Source: a virus (Duplodnaviria > Caudoviricetes). Taken from it: 53,318 nucleotides of DNA. Positions within the stretch are counted from its first letter, which is position 1. Every line of letters starts with the position of its first letter. Under the pieces are notes generated by a model, which worked only from the letters and a program-made list of their open reading frames with translations, did not search any database and was not told where the DNA came from. The position numbers were made by a program, and so were the translations under genes. The stretch covers positions 1-53,318 of IMG/VR virus record IMGVR_UViG_3300037602_000009, one strand, 5' to 3'. Positions 36,206-45,555 of this stretch are shown piece by piece.

Positions 36206-36867
36206 GCCTGGGCTATCGCGGAAAGACCACCAACGCAGGGCGCGAAAACGTCGCCGCTCAGGCTCAATCTGAGCGTGAGAGCATGTGGGGTGAGATCACC
36301 GGCACCATCGTCTCATTCGACCCGGCGACCCAGACGGCATCCATTCAGCCGGACTACAAGCCGCGCCACAACGGTGAGCCTGTGGACATGCCCGAGCTTG
36401 CCGAGGTCCCGGTGCGCTTCACCCGCGCCGGGGGCTTCATCATCACCACCCCCGTCAAGGCCGGTGACAAGGTCACGCTCCGCCCTCAGATGAGGTCCAG
36501 CGAGGAGTTTCACACCGGAGGCGACTACACGCCGGTGGGGGACGCCAGGAGCTTCAACCTGTCCGACATGGAGGCCTTTCTGGACGGTGGTGAGGCCTTG
36601 ACCGATCCTATCAGCAACTTCAACTCCAGCAACATGGAGATCAGGACGGCTGACGGCTCATTCAAGATTGAAATGAGCGAGGATGGCAAGTTCAGGATCG
36701 TGGGGTCAGAGGGCAACTGGTTTGACCTCCTCACGCAGGTTGTTGAGCTGCTCGCAGCCGACACCCTCAACATCAAGTACGGCTCCTCAGCCGGGACGGG
36801 TCATGCTCTGGAAAAGCAGGCTCAGTACGCTGAGATTGCCGGCAAACTGAGGAGCATGGCGCTATGA
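36202..36867 (+). CDS. Baseplate spike (gp138/gpV-like)
   Basis: GTIVSFD, PELAEVPV..RAGGF.IT.PVKAGD and R.FNLSD. Confidence 0.8.
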   Translation: MSLGYRGKTTNAGRENVAAQAQSERESMWGEITGTIVSFDPATQTASIQPDYKPRHNGEPVDMPELAEVPVRFTRAGGFIITTPVKAGDKVTLRPQMRSSEEFHTGGDYTPVGDARSFNLSDMEAFLDGGEALTDPISNFNSSNMEIRTADGSFKIEMSEDGKFRIVGSEGNWFDLLTQVVELLAADTLNIKYGSSAGTGHALEKQAQYAEIAGKLRSMAL

Positions 36868-37241
36868 CCATTTCACGCGTTGGCCTCGCCCTTCGCCGCG
36901 ACGGCTCCGCCCCGGCGGACCTGTTCCTTGACGACGCCGGCAACCTCGCCTTGGTTCACGACGCTGAGGCCGTAGGGCAGCACGCTCGGCAGCGCCTGAT
37001 GACCTATGAGGGCGAGTGGTTCCTAGACCGCACTGCCGGGGTCCCCTGGGTCCGGGACATCCTCGGGCACCAGTATGACCCGGTGCTGGCGGAGGCCGTC
37101 TTGAAGGCGGAGATACTAGACACGGATGGTGTAACCGAGATAAACTCATTCAGCGTCCGGTTTGACATGGAAGTCCGGGGGCTCAGCGCCTACAATATTG
37201 AGGTGCTGACCGAATATGACCAGGAGGCGCAAGTTTCATGA
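36864..37241 (+). CDS. Baseplate wedge (gp25/gp46-like)
   Basis: RL..Y.GEWFLD...GVPW; ILDTDGV. Confidence 0.8.
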   Translation: MTISRVGLALRRDGSAPADLFLDDAGNLALVHDAEAVGQHARQRLMTYEGEWFLDRTAGVPWVRDILGHQYDPVLAEAVLKAEILDTDGVTEINSFSVRFDMEVRGLSAYNIEVLTEYDQEAQVS

Positions 37242-38119
37242 GCAACTACGGTATTCAGCCCACCGGATATGTCCGCAAGCCCATCAGCGTGATCCTCGCT
37301 GAGCTTGAGGCGGCTATGGCCACCGAGTTCGGGCCAGGCGTCATTCAGACCCCGCAGAGCCCTCTTGGGCAGTTGAACGGCTTGATGGCCGATCTGATTG
37401 CCGAGGTCGATGAGCGCAACCTGGACTTGTATCAGTCTTATGACCCCGATCAGGCGGAAGGCTTCCGGCTGGACACGCTCGCCCGGCTCCGGCTGATCTA
37501 TCGTGAGGGCCAGACCGATCTTCAGCTGCGTCAAGCCATCACCAACGCTGGCCAGGGCCGCATCGACATCCAGGACCTCGCCCGAGCCCTCACGAGCGTC
37601 CCCGGCGTGACCTATGCGCAGGTGTTTGTCAATGAGTCCGGCGAAGTGTCGAGCGAGGAGCTTGAGCGCGGATTTGTGGCCGCAGTCGTGATCGGCGGAG
37701 ATGATGAGGACATCGCCCGGGTCATGCGCCGCTACATCGTCCCCGGCGTGAACACCTATGGTAACACCTATGTGACATCCAACGTGGACGGCTTCTGCCG
37801 GTCACTGTCAATCGTCCGGCCCTCTGAGGTCCCGGTTGACGTTGAGATTGTCGTGCGCCTATCCCGCGACCGATCCAACTGTCCTCCACCTTCCGCCCTC
37901 GCAGTCAAGAATGTCCTGGAGGCAGGTTGGATGGCCCAGAGGGTCAACGGCAAGGACGTGAACGCATACACGCTCCGCACCATCATTGAGGGCGCGTTCA
38001 GCAACGTGGAGCTGGTGTCCTTCACGGCTTCCCGAGACGGGGCAGACCTCCTCCCGGCTGACGTCAATGTCGGCTTCATGGAGATTGCGTCCCTCAATGT
38101 GGAGGTGATCGCGCTGTGA
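37238..38119 (+). CDS. Baseplate J-like protein
   Basis: YGIQPTGY, SPLGQLNG, DPDQAEG..LD, VPGV and V.GGDDEDIA. Confidence 0.85.
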   Translation: MSNYGIQPTGYVRKPISVILAELEAAMATEFGPGVIQTPQSPLGQLNGLMADLIAEVDERNLDLYQSYDPDQAEGFRLDTLARLRLIYREGQTDLQLRQAITNAGQGRIDIQDLARALTSVPGVTYAQVFVNESGEVSSEELERGFVAAVVIGGDDEDIARVMRRYIVPGVNTYGNTYVTSNVDGFCRSLSIVRPSEVPVDVEIVVRLSRDRSNCPPPSALAVKNVLEAGWMAQRVNGKDVNAYTLRTIIEGAFSNVELVSFTASRDGADLLPADVNVGFMEIASLNVEVIAL

Positions 38120-39045
38120 CCTGTCCCACGACTGAAGAGCTTGTTGAGGAGCGCATCAATCGCATCCTGACGCAGTACCGGGAAAGCCCCAAGCTGCTTC
38201 ACCTCCTGCGCACGTACCTCGGGGCCGTCGCCCAGACCGCTCTTCAGGTGTGCGACCTCCCGGAGCGTTTCGACCTCAACACCGCTGTAGGTGACCAACT
38301 CACCCTGATTGGCAAGCGCCTGGGATGGCCCCGGTGCCATTGCGTCTGCGACATCAGCCCGGTGTTCGGGTTTGAGTGTGCGGATGAGATCAGCCTTCGG
38401 CCCATCGTCGGCTTCAACTGCGACGACACCTATGGCGGCGTGTCCTCCTGGGCTGAGTGCGCCTCGGGCATCTCTGAGATTTGCCTCAACGATGATGAGA
38501 TTTATCGCAAGTTCCTCCAGGTTCGCGTGTATCAACACACGGCCCGGTTTGACCTCGCCTCGCTTGAGGAAGCCCTGCGCATCTTCTTTGGTCCAACCGC
38601 CTATGTACTGTATTCGGGTCAGGGCCGCGTGGTTGTGAGCCCTGGGCGGGACCTCACCGATCAGGAAATATTGCTGCTACAACTTTACCCCCGCGTGATG
38701 CCGCTCGCCCTGGGCGTTGAGGTGCGGTTCCATTTTGGTGAGCAGCGCGTGTTTGGGTTCGGTGAGGGTTGGGGTGGCTTCTCTGAGGAGTCAGAAGCCT
38801 TGACGCAGGCCGGGCTCGGGTTCCAGCGCACCGGCAAGGTTTTTGGCTTCTGTGACGATTGGGGCGGCTTCTGCGAGGATTGGAAGCCGGATGGTTTGCC
38901 GATTGTCACCGAACAGGGTAAAGTGCTGATGACCGAAAACAACGAGCCGATCCTGACCGGCCCGCTGACTGAGGACGCCAACTGGATGTGTCGGGTGAGC
39001 GCTCCCTGGATGTGTGAAATTGACGTTCAACCCTATAGCTGCTGA
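38116..39045 (+). CDS. DUF2612-like baseplate wedge protein, Cys-rich
   Basis: ILTQYRESPKL, FDLNTAVGDQL..IG and LNDDEIYR. Confidence 0.8.
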   Translation: MTCPTTEELVEERINRILTQYRESPKLLHLLRTYLGAVAQTALQVCDLPERFDLNTAVGDQLTLIGKRLGWPRCHCVCDISPVFGFECADEISLRPIVGFNCDDTYGGVSSWAECASGISEICLNDDEIYRKFLQVRVYQHTARFDLASLEEALRIFFGPTAYVLYSGQGRVVVSPGRDLTDQEILLLQLYPRVMPLALGVEVRFHFGEQRVFGFGEGWGGFSEESEALTQAGLGFQRTGKVFGFCDDWGGFCEDWKPDGLPIVTEQGKVLMTENNEPILTGPLTEDANWMCRVSAPWMCEIDVQPYSC

Positions 39046-39053
39046 GATGACCC

Positions 39054-40028
39054 ATGGCAAATTTTGAGACACCTTTCGCCCTCACCGGCCCCCGTCGCAA
39101 CCCAACCGTTGACGAGCGCGCAAACGGCTTCCCCTGCGGCCCGGCGGATCAGCTCCTGTTCAACGGCTTGTTCCACCGGATTGAGTCAGAGCTTGGCGCT
39201 CTGATCGCATTCGCGGGCCTGTCTGGATCGGACACCGACTTCACGCAAGTGCGGCAGGCCATCCAGGCCATGATCGCATCCGCGACCGGCGACGGCGACA
39301 CTGAGCAGTTCCTGCTGCTTGATCAGGCTCGGGCTCGCCTTCCCTTCTTTCCTCAGTGGCAGACGCCCGAGGGCACTGTCAACGTGACCTCGCCCGCCAA
39401 CGGCGTGATCCGGCTCCCGGGCAACCTCACTCTGCTTCACCGGGGCATCTTCTTGGTCACGACTGCCCAGACGGACTTCAACACGGCGGCCTCCAAGACC
39501 TATCACTTGCGTTGGAGCCTTGCCAACGGCTTCCAGCTCAAGGACCTCGCTGACGCGGCCTACAACCCCGGCTTTGTGAGCGAGCTTGACACCAAGTTCG
39601 ACAGCACCTATGATGACATGCTTATCGCTCGGGTGGTGACCAACGCTGGTAACGTGCCGACGATCACCAACTTGGTCAATAAGGCCACGATGATTGACAA
39701 CGGCCTGGTGTCCAAGACGATGACCCGCACCCCGTCCACGGCTGGCGGTGGCAACTTCGCCATCCAGTTTGACAACATCGTCTTCAATTGGGCTCGCACG
39801 CCCAAGTTCACCGCCGTCATCCAGCGCACCGGGCTCGGGGGCGTCATGCCGGCTATCCCGGAGGACCCGGCTGTGATCCTGAACGGTTCCACTGCTGATA
39901 ACAGCGGCACTGTGTTCGGCGTGACCAACCGCTACGGCCTACAGGCTGCTGCGTCGATGGACATGAACGCCCCGGCCACGCCCATCACGCTCGGGTTCCA
40001 GCTCAGCTACACGGCCATCGCCGTCTAA
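39054..40028 (+). CDS. Tail fibre protein
   Basis: N-terminal GFPCGPA...FNGL baseplate-attachment region; position. Confidence 0.7.
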   Translation: MANFETPFALTGPRRNPTVDERANGFPCGPADQLLFNGLFHRIESELGALIAFAGLSGSDTDFTQVRQAIQAMIASATGDGDTEQFLLLDQARARLPFFPQWQTPEGTVNVTSPANGVIRLPGNLTLLHRGIFLVTTAQTDFNTAASKTYHLRWSLANGFQLKDLADAAYNPGFVSELDTKFDSTYDDMLIARVVTNAGNVPTITNLVNKATMIDNGLVSKTMTRTPSTAGGGNFAIQFDNIVFNWARTPKFTAVIQRTGLGGVMPAIPEDPAVILNGSTADNSGTVFGVTNRYGLQAAASMDMNAPATPITLGFQLSYTAIAV

Positions 40029-40038
40029 GGAGGTCCGC

Positions 40039-41358
40039 ATGGCCGACTATTTTGAGGAAGGCATCCGAATTGATGAGCTTGGCCCGGAGGTCCTCCCCTC
40101 CCTGAGCCACATCATCGCGGCCATGAAGGACGGCTCCACCGTCCAGCTCACCGTGGAACAGCTCCTGGACTTGTTCCTGCTGTATCCCGAGTTCATCGCC
40201 AAGGCTGAAGACAGCGACGTTGCCGACCTTCAAACCTCGCTCACCAATCTGATCAACGCGACCCGGGACAACCTGCGCCACCGGGTCAAGGTCCGTGCCG
40301 CCACGACCGGCAACGTGGCGATTGCGACGGCGCTCAACCCCGGCGACACCGTTGATGGGGTGGCGTTGGCAAGTGGCGATTGGGTCCTGGTCCGGGCTCA
40401 GACCGATCAGGCTCAGAACGGCATCTACATGGTGGACACCGTCCCGGCCCGCGTCCCCGAGTACATGACCTACAACGACCATCCGGCGGCCCAGATCGTC
40501 GTCAGCGAGGGGACTGTAAACGCAGGCTCCTTGTGGCAGTGTATCTCCACCGCAGGCGGCACCCTCGGGACCACCTCAATCATCTTTGTCGCCCCGGCGG
40601 CGGCATCCCCGACCAAGACCGCGCCTGTCAGCGCGGATCGGTTCTGGATTTGGGATAGCGTAGCAGGCCTGATGAAGGGCCTGCCCCTGGGCAACTTGGG
40701 CCGGGCCGCCAAGATCAAAATCACCACTTTCACGGCCTCCGGGACCTGGACGCCTGACAGCAAGATGATCTTTGCCATCTTGGAGGCTCAGGGAGCCGGG
40801 GGTGGCGGGGCTGGCGTATCAGGCGGCGGCACCACTTATTGGGTTGGTGGGGGCGGCGGCTCTGGAGCTTACTCCCGCAAGGTGGTGTTAAAAGCCGATA
40901 CCTCGGCAACTCACAATGTGACGGTTGGTAACGGTGGTGGTGGCGGCACCGGCACTGGAAACGGAAGCGCGGGCGGGGCAACTTCTATCGGTACTCTTTG
41001 CGGAGCTGCCGGTGGAGGTGGCGGCACATCTGGAAACAGCGGTGCTCAGCCTTCGGGCGGAGCCGGTGGTTCAAAGGCGAGCGGAACCGGCGATTTTGTC
41101 ATGGCCGGCAACCCTGGCGATAGTGGGGTGTACGGGGGGACGGCTCCTACAAACGGCGGTGGCGGGGGTTCTCCGGTTCTTGGTTCGGGTGGTAGGGCCG
41201 TCATGGCAACCTCCTCAGCAGGCAGTACGTCTCCGGGTAACAACGGCGATCAAGGCGGCGGTGGCTCGGGCGCTGCTTCCTGGAACACAACCTCAACTGC
41301 TACCGGCGGCAGCGGCGGCAACGGCATCGCCGTCATCACTGAATTCCTTTCGGAGTGA
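40039..41358 (+). CDS. Tail fibre / receptor-binding protein with glycine-rich C-terminal domain
   Basis: VRAATTGN...DGVAL..GD.VLV..Q....NGIY; FTASGTWTP...GAGGGG...GGNGIAVITE. Confidence 0.8.
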   Translation: MADYFEEGIRIDELGPEVLPSLSHIIAAMKDGSTVQLTVEQLLDLFLLYPEFIAKAEDSDVADLQTSLTNLINATRDNLRHRVKVRAATTGNVAIATALNPGDTVDGVALASGDWVLVRAQTDQAQNGIYMVDTVPARVPEYMTYNDHPAAQIVVSEGTVNAGSLWQCISTAGGTLGTTSIIFVAPAAASPTKTAPVSADRFWIWDSVAGLMKGLPLGNLGRAAKIKITTFTASGTWTPDSKMIFAILEAQGAGGGGAGVSGGGTTYWVGGGGGSGAYSRKVVLKADTSATHNVTVGNGGGGGTGTGNGSAGGATSIGTLCGAAGGGGGTSGNSGAQPSGGAGGSKASGTGDFVMAGNPGDSGVYGGTAPTNGGGGGSPVLGSGGRAVMATSSAGSTSPGNNGDQGGGGSGAASWNTTSTATGGSGGNGIAVITEFLSE

Positions 41359-41361
41359 ACC

Positions 41362-41850
41362 ATGTCTGACAAGATTTACGTCAAGATTGAGGGCGGCGTG
41401 GTTGTTGACAGGTCGCTGTTCTCCAAGGCTATGCCTGCGGACTGGCCTGAGCGGGAGAAGTACCTGCTCAACAACGAGGCTCAGATCGGATGGACGTATG
41501 ACGGCAACACGTTTTCGCCTCCGGCTGACACGACACCCCCGCTCCCGCCGTCGCCTGCTCAGCCCTTCCTCTGGGCAGCAGTGGCTCTCTGTGTTGCTGA
41601 TGGGGCTCTGACAACCATCGAGTTGGCCGCACGCCTCCAGGGTGCTATCTATGACGAGGGCTGGCTCATGGTCTTGTTCTCAGAACCCCAAGAGGCGGCT
41701 GACTACCTGGTATTTGCCCAGACAGACGTTCCGGCTAAGATTGAGCAGTTCAAGGATGGCGGCTCATTTGAGCTGGTGTTCACTGACCCGGCGACCGGCG
41801 ACCCCGTTGAGCCGGGTCGCATTGACCTCCAGATACTCAAGGTGCGTTGA
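41362..41850 (+). CDS. Tail fibre assembly-associated protein
   Basis: YVKIEGGVVV...AQIGWTYDGNTFSPP. Confidence 0.65.
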   Translation: MSDKIYVKIEGGVVVDRSLFSKAMPADWPEREKYLLNNEAQIGWTYDGNTFSPPADTTPPLPPSPAQPFLWAAVALCVADGALTTIELAARLQGAIYDEGWLMVLFSEPQEAADYLVFAQTDVPAKIEQFKDGGSFELVFTDPATGDPVEPGRIDLQILKVR

Positions 41851-41853
41851 AGG

Positions 41854-42126
41854 ATGACTGAAATGAAGCTCCTCTGCATGGTGAAGAAGCGCGGCGTGGA
41901 AACCTTCGGGGTCATCCTCACCGCAAGCAACACCGATCATGCCACGTTCGTCAAGAACGCGGTGGGCGTCGGCAAGCCATATCTGCTGTTTGAATCACTC
42001 CCGGACGGCAACCCGACCGGCGCTGTGTTCGATGGCGCTCCAATCGTCAACAATGACCCGGCGGTCAATCAGACCGACATCGACGCGATGCTGGCCAACC
42101 CGCCGTGGGACAACCTGATTTACTGA
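41854..42126 (+). CDS. Hypothetical protein
   Basis: ORF with phage-like codon usage in the operon. Confidence 0.65.
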   Translation: MTEMKLLCMVKKRGVETFGVILTASNTDHATFVKNAVGVGKPYLLFESLPDGNPTGAVFDGAPIVNNDPAVNQTDIDAMLANPPWDNLIY

Positions 42127-42133
42127 GGCGCGA

Positions 42134-42586
42134 ATGATCACGTCCTCCCTGGAGTTCTATCGCAACCCCTCCATCCCCCTGGGCTTCCCCATGGGCGGTC
42201 CCTCATCTTGGGCTGGTGATAAGCGCGGCGGGTGGAATTATCCCGGCACGGCGCTCAGCGCCTCCTCCATCCGGTGGTTTGGTCTGGAGGACCCCGACCG
42301 GCTTGAGTATGCTCGTTGGGTTCTGGTCTGGAACCCCAACAATCCGTCCGGCGGGGTCTATGTGGGAGCCCGTCTGGTGTTGGCTGACAGCGGTCCAGCC
42401 AACCTGGACCAGATCGGCATGATCAGCGCCAACGCCGGCAATTCTCCGGTTGTTGGTTCCTGCGACATCACGGCCTTCCTCAAGGCTGCTGCTGACAAGC
42501 AGATCATTCAGCAGACCCAGGGTGACAGCATCGCCCGAGGTCCGCTGATCTATGCCTCAAGCATCGACCTGAAGTGGAGAGAATGA
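42134..42586 (+). CDS. Hypothetical (beta-rich) protein
   Basis: GAGG RBS; in the operon. Confidence 0.65.
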   Translation: MITSSLEFYRNPSIPLGFPMGGPSSWAGDKRGGWNYPGTALSASSIRWFGLEDPDRLEYARWVLVWNPNNPSGGVYVGARLVLADSGPANLDQIGMISANAGNSPVVGSCDITAFLKAAADKQIIQQTQGDSIARGPLIYASSIDLKWRE

Positions 42587-43404
42587 TGGAACCCCGGGAC
42601 ATCCAGCGACTGCTCAAGGCCTCCGGCTATTACGGCGGGGGCCTTGATGGCGACTTCGGACCCAAGAGCCTGGAGGCCGTCCGCAAGGTTCTTGAGCGGA
42701 ACAAGCCCGAGGCCCTGAAGTGGTCGGCCAAGCGCCAGCGTGTCGCGGCGGCCCAGATCATCCTCAAGGCTGCTGGATACGAGCCTGGGAACATCGACGG
42801 CTATTGGCTCAAGGGCGGCACGACCCATGAAGCCTTCAACGCCTGGGACCACTATGTCACGACCGGCAAGGCTGAGGTCATCCCGGGTCGCTCCACTGAG
42901 GAGGTGTTCAAGCCCTCCGCTCAGGGCGTTAAGAAGTGGCCAAAGCAGTCCGGGGTCCCGGCATTCTTCGGCAAGGCCGGGGGTCCCCAGTGTACCGCCG
43001 GCAAGGCTCAGCTCCCATTCGCCTTCCGCATCGCCTGGAACAAGAGCCAGAAGGTGAAGCAGTTCAGCTGCCACGAGCTGGTGGCGGACGCTTTCACCAG
43101 CATCTTCGCTGAGACCGCCAAGCACTATGGCGAAAAGCGCATGGTTGCGCTCGGGCTGGACCTGTTTGGCGGCTGCTTCAACGACCGGGCCATGCGCGGC
43201 GGCACGGCAAAGTCAATGCACGCTTGGGGCATCGCCTATGACGGCGACCCGGAGCGCAATCAGCTGCGTTGGGGCAAGGATCGGGCGGAGTTTGCCAAGC
43301 CCGCTTATGATGCCTTCTGGGCTATCGTTGAGGCTCACGGCGGAGTATCTTTGGGACGCGCTCGCAACTATGACTGGATGCATTTCCAGTTCGCCACGCT
43401 CTGA
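42583..43404 (+). CDS. Endolysin: peptidoglycan-binding domains + M15 peptidase
   Basis: IQRLLKASGY...DGDFGPKS; GYEPGNIDG; R..RGG..KSMHAWGIAYD...DWMHFQ. Confidence 0.9.
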   Translation: MMEPRDIQRLLKASGYYGGGLDGDFGPKSLEAVRKVLERNKPEALKWSAKRQRVAAAQIILKAAGYEPGNIDGYWLKGGTTHEAFNAWDHYVTTGKAEVIPGRSTEEVFKPSAQGVKKWPKQSGVPAFFGKAGGPQCTAGKAQLPFAFRIAWNKSQKVKQFSCHELVADAFTSIFAETAKHYGEKRMVALGLDLFGGCFNDRAMRGGTAKSMHAWGIAYDGDPERNQLRWGKDRAEFAKPAYDAFWAIVEAHGGVSLGRARNYDWMHFQFATL

Positions 43405-43418
43405 AAAGGAGAATCATC

Positions 43419-43886
43419 GTGAAGACATTCCTGTTGGCCGTCGCGGCCTTCCTGTTCCTCGCCCTCCCCGCCTGGGCCCAGGACACCACCGTCAACCTCG
43501 GGGAGCTTCTGGACCCCTGGCTACAGCTCCTGCTTGCCTTTGCCGCTCTGGTCATTCCCGCTCTTGGAGCCTGGGCCGCCGCTGAGCTTCGCCGCCGCAC
43601 TGGCATCGCCCTTCAGCAGGCTCACATGACCACGTTCCAGCAGGCTCTGACCAATGCCGCCGGTCTGGTGATCCACAAGGCCAAGGACGCCGCCGGGAAC
43701 GTCAATATTGACGTCAAGAACCCCCTGATCAAGGAGGCCATCTTGTACGTCAACAGCTCTGCCCCGGATGCCGTGGCCTATTTTGGCCTGACGCCCGAGG
43801 CCATCGCAGAGAAGATCGCCGCCAAGCTCGGGGTGGTTCAGACCCCGGCCCCGACCGTGACCAACATCACCGGCCCGGCGGCATGA
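43419..43886 (+). CDS. Holin-like membrane protein
   Basis: Follows the endolysin; two hydrophobic segments; YVNSSAPDAVAYFGL. Confidence 0.6.
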   Translation: MKTFLLAVAAFLFLALPAWAQDTTVNLGELLDPWLQLLLAFAALVIPALGAWAAAELRRRTGIALQQAHMTTFQQALTNAAGLVIHKAKDAAGNVNIDVKNPLIKEAILYVNSSAPDAVAYFGLTPEAIAEKIAAKLGVVQTPAPTVTNITGPAA

Positions 43887-44089
43887 ACTGGCTTGCCGGC
43901 CTTCAACTGCTCTTGAAGCTCGCCGCGTATTTTGCGCGGCGAGCCGATAAGCTGGAAATTGAAAGGAACCTGATCAATGAGCTCAAGCTCCTTCAAGGCG
44001 AACGGGTTGAAGCTGCTGCTGTTGCTCGGGATGACGTCCTGTCTGGGCGGGTGCCTGAGCCTGAACACGACCCGTACAAGCGCGATTGA
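43883..44089 (+). CDS. Putative inner-membrane spanin (Rz-like)
   Basis: N-terminal hydrophobic helix plus coiled coil; overlaps the lipoprotein gene. Confidence 0.6.
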   Translation: MNWLAGLQLLLKLAAYFARRADKLEIERNLINELKLLQGERVEAAAVARDDVLSGRVPEPEHDPYKRD

Positions 44090-44219
44090 GGCTGACAAGG
44101 CCATAGCTGCGCAGGTCTGCCGCGTCTGGCTTCCCACGACTTACTCCAGTCGCGACACTGAAGAGACGCGGCTGGGCAACCGTGCCAACAACGCGGCCCG
44201 GGACGCTTACTGTGGCTGA
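43977..44219 (+). CDS. Putative outer-membrane lipoprotein spanin (Rz1-like; start probably TTG 44007)
   Basis: LLLLLGMTSCLGGC lipobox; VC..W.P.TYS..DT.ET...N..RDAYC. Confidence 0.7.
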   Translation: MSSSSFKANGLKLLLLLGMTSCLGGCLSLNTTRTSAIEADKAIAAQVCRVWLPTTYSSRDTEETRLGNRANNAARDAYCG

Positions 44220-44433
44220 TCTTGTTCGGCTGCTTGAAGCGGGAAAACTGGAATATTACATCATCCTGGGCCAGCTCCTTGGATGGTTGTGGACCGTCAA
44301 GCAGTGGCGGTCTGCTGAAAAGGATCGGGTGGAGGACCTGAAAACCATGGTTGGACTTGCCACTGAGGTCAAGAACAACGTGGCCACTCTGGTAGAGCTG
44401 GTGAAGGAAAGCTCGCCCCGGAGGTCTAGATGA
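44212..44433 (+). CDS. Single-TM membrane protein
   Basis: YYIILGQLLGWLWTV followed by a coiled coil; coupled to the spanin gene. Confidence 0.6.
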   Translation: MADLVRLLEAGKLEYYIILGQLLGWLWTVKQWRSAEKDRVEDLKTMVGLATEVKNNVATLVELVKESSPRRSR

Positions 44434-44603
44434 AAATGCCTGATTGGATCAAGCAATTCTTGCCGCCTCCCAAAGCGACCAAGGAGGAGGCACGTCACCT
44501 CCGACATGAGCTCAAGAACAGCATACAGGCTATTCAGGGAGGCAATCGCATTCTCCAGTCCATGTCTGGAGTCATCGAGCTGAACAGACGGAACCCCCGA
44601 TGA
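44430..44603 (+). CDS. Small hypothetical protein (57 aa, not in ORF track)
   Basis: GGAGG RBS; ATGA overlaps on both sides. Confidence 0.6.
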   Translation: MKMPDWIKQFLPPPKATKEEARHLRHELKNSIQAIQGGNRILQSMSGVIELNRRNPR

Positions 44604-45286
44604 AACTCATGCCCAATAAGCTCCTCTTTACTGTGACCGTGATGCTCGGGGCCTATTGGTCCTTGGGCTGGTATGTCCCCGGCCTTTGGTTGAGCACCAC
44701 CCTCGCAATCTTCAGCGTGCTGGTGGGCCTCGCCATCGTGGTCAAATATTTCAGGGGCGTGTACCGCGTCCTGATCAAGGGAGCCCGATCTGAGGATGAG
44801 GACGGCGCGCACCTTGCTGCCCTGGGCATTCCGGCCATCGCCGCTTCCGTGGTGTACGGCGGCATGTTCACTCTGGCCTGGAACCTCGCCGGGCAACCCC
44901 CCGACTGGCTGGGCACGCCTGCGTCCAATTTCTCCAGGCTCCTCCTGGTCCTGGGCTGTGTCGCGTTCTACTTCACCCCGGACATCCAGAGGCAGCAACT
45001 CAAGCTGTCCAGCGTGGTCTGGCTTGTCGTTATTATGACCACTGCGGTCCTGAGCGCCTTCATTCTCGGGCTCTATGTGAGCAACGACCGTCTGATTGAC
45101 GTCAACCGCATTCGCCCAATCAACTATCCAGCCTGTCCCGAGGATCGGCCTTATTGGGTGGCGTCCAGCTCGGGTTATTTCCACTTTGCGGAGACCAGCC
45201 CCTGGGCTCCCAAGATCATCCCCCGGCGCTGCTTCACCTCGCCCGAGGAGGCAGTTGCTGCCGGATATGTTGCTGCGCCGTCTTAA
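44600..45286 (+). CDS. Multi-TM membrane protein with C-terminal Ada-metal-binding-like motif
   Basis: About 5-6 hydrophobic helices; YWVASSSGYFH...CFTSPEEAVAAGY. Confidence 0.7.
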   Translation: MKLMPNKLLFTVTVMLGAYWSLGWYVPGLWLSTTLAIFSVLVGLAIVVKYFRGVYRVLIKGARSEDEDGAHLAALGIPAIAASVVYGGMFTLAWNLAGQPPDWLGTPASNFSRLLLVLGCVAFYFTPDIQRQQLKLSSVVWLVVIMTTAVLSAFILGLYVSNDRLIDVNRIRPINYPACPEDRPYWVASSSGYFHFAETSPWAPKIIPRRCFTSPEEAVAAGYVAAPS

Positions 45287-45321
45287 CTTCAGATCGGCCC
45301 GAAGTGAAGAAAGTCGTTCCC

Positions 45322-45536
45322 TAGTTAAGACGCGGAAAGCCCAGGCAGGGCAGCAGGGGAACGGCTTTCTTAGGGTTCTCGGGGCACTTTCGGTTCGCCG
45401 GTGTAACGTCATTTTCATATACCCCTATTTGAAAGTTAAGAAACATAAGCGAGTTAAGAAACGGCTGCGCCTAGCAGAGCTTATGCGTCTTAACTTCGCT
45501 GGGTCCCGAGGGTGTGAAGTTAAGAACCCCGTTCCC
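45322..45536. repeat. Duplicated AT-rich non-coding element, copy 2
   Basis: Gap-free colinear match to 20212-20426 (offset 25,110); an extra TCTTAACTT box at 45281. Confidence 0.9.
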
Positions 45537-45555
45537 CCGCATCACGCCTCTGGGC

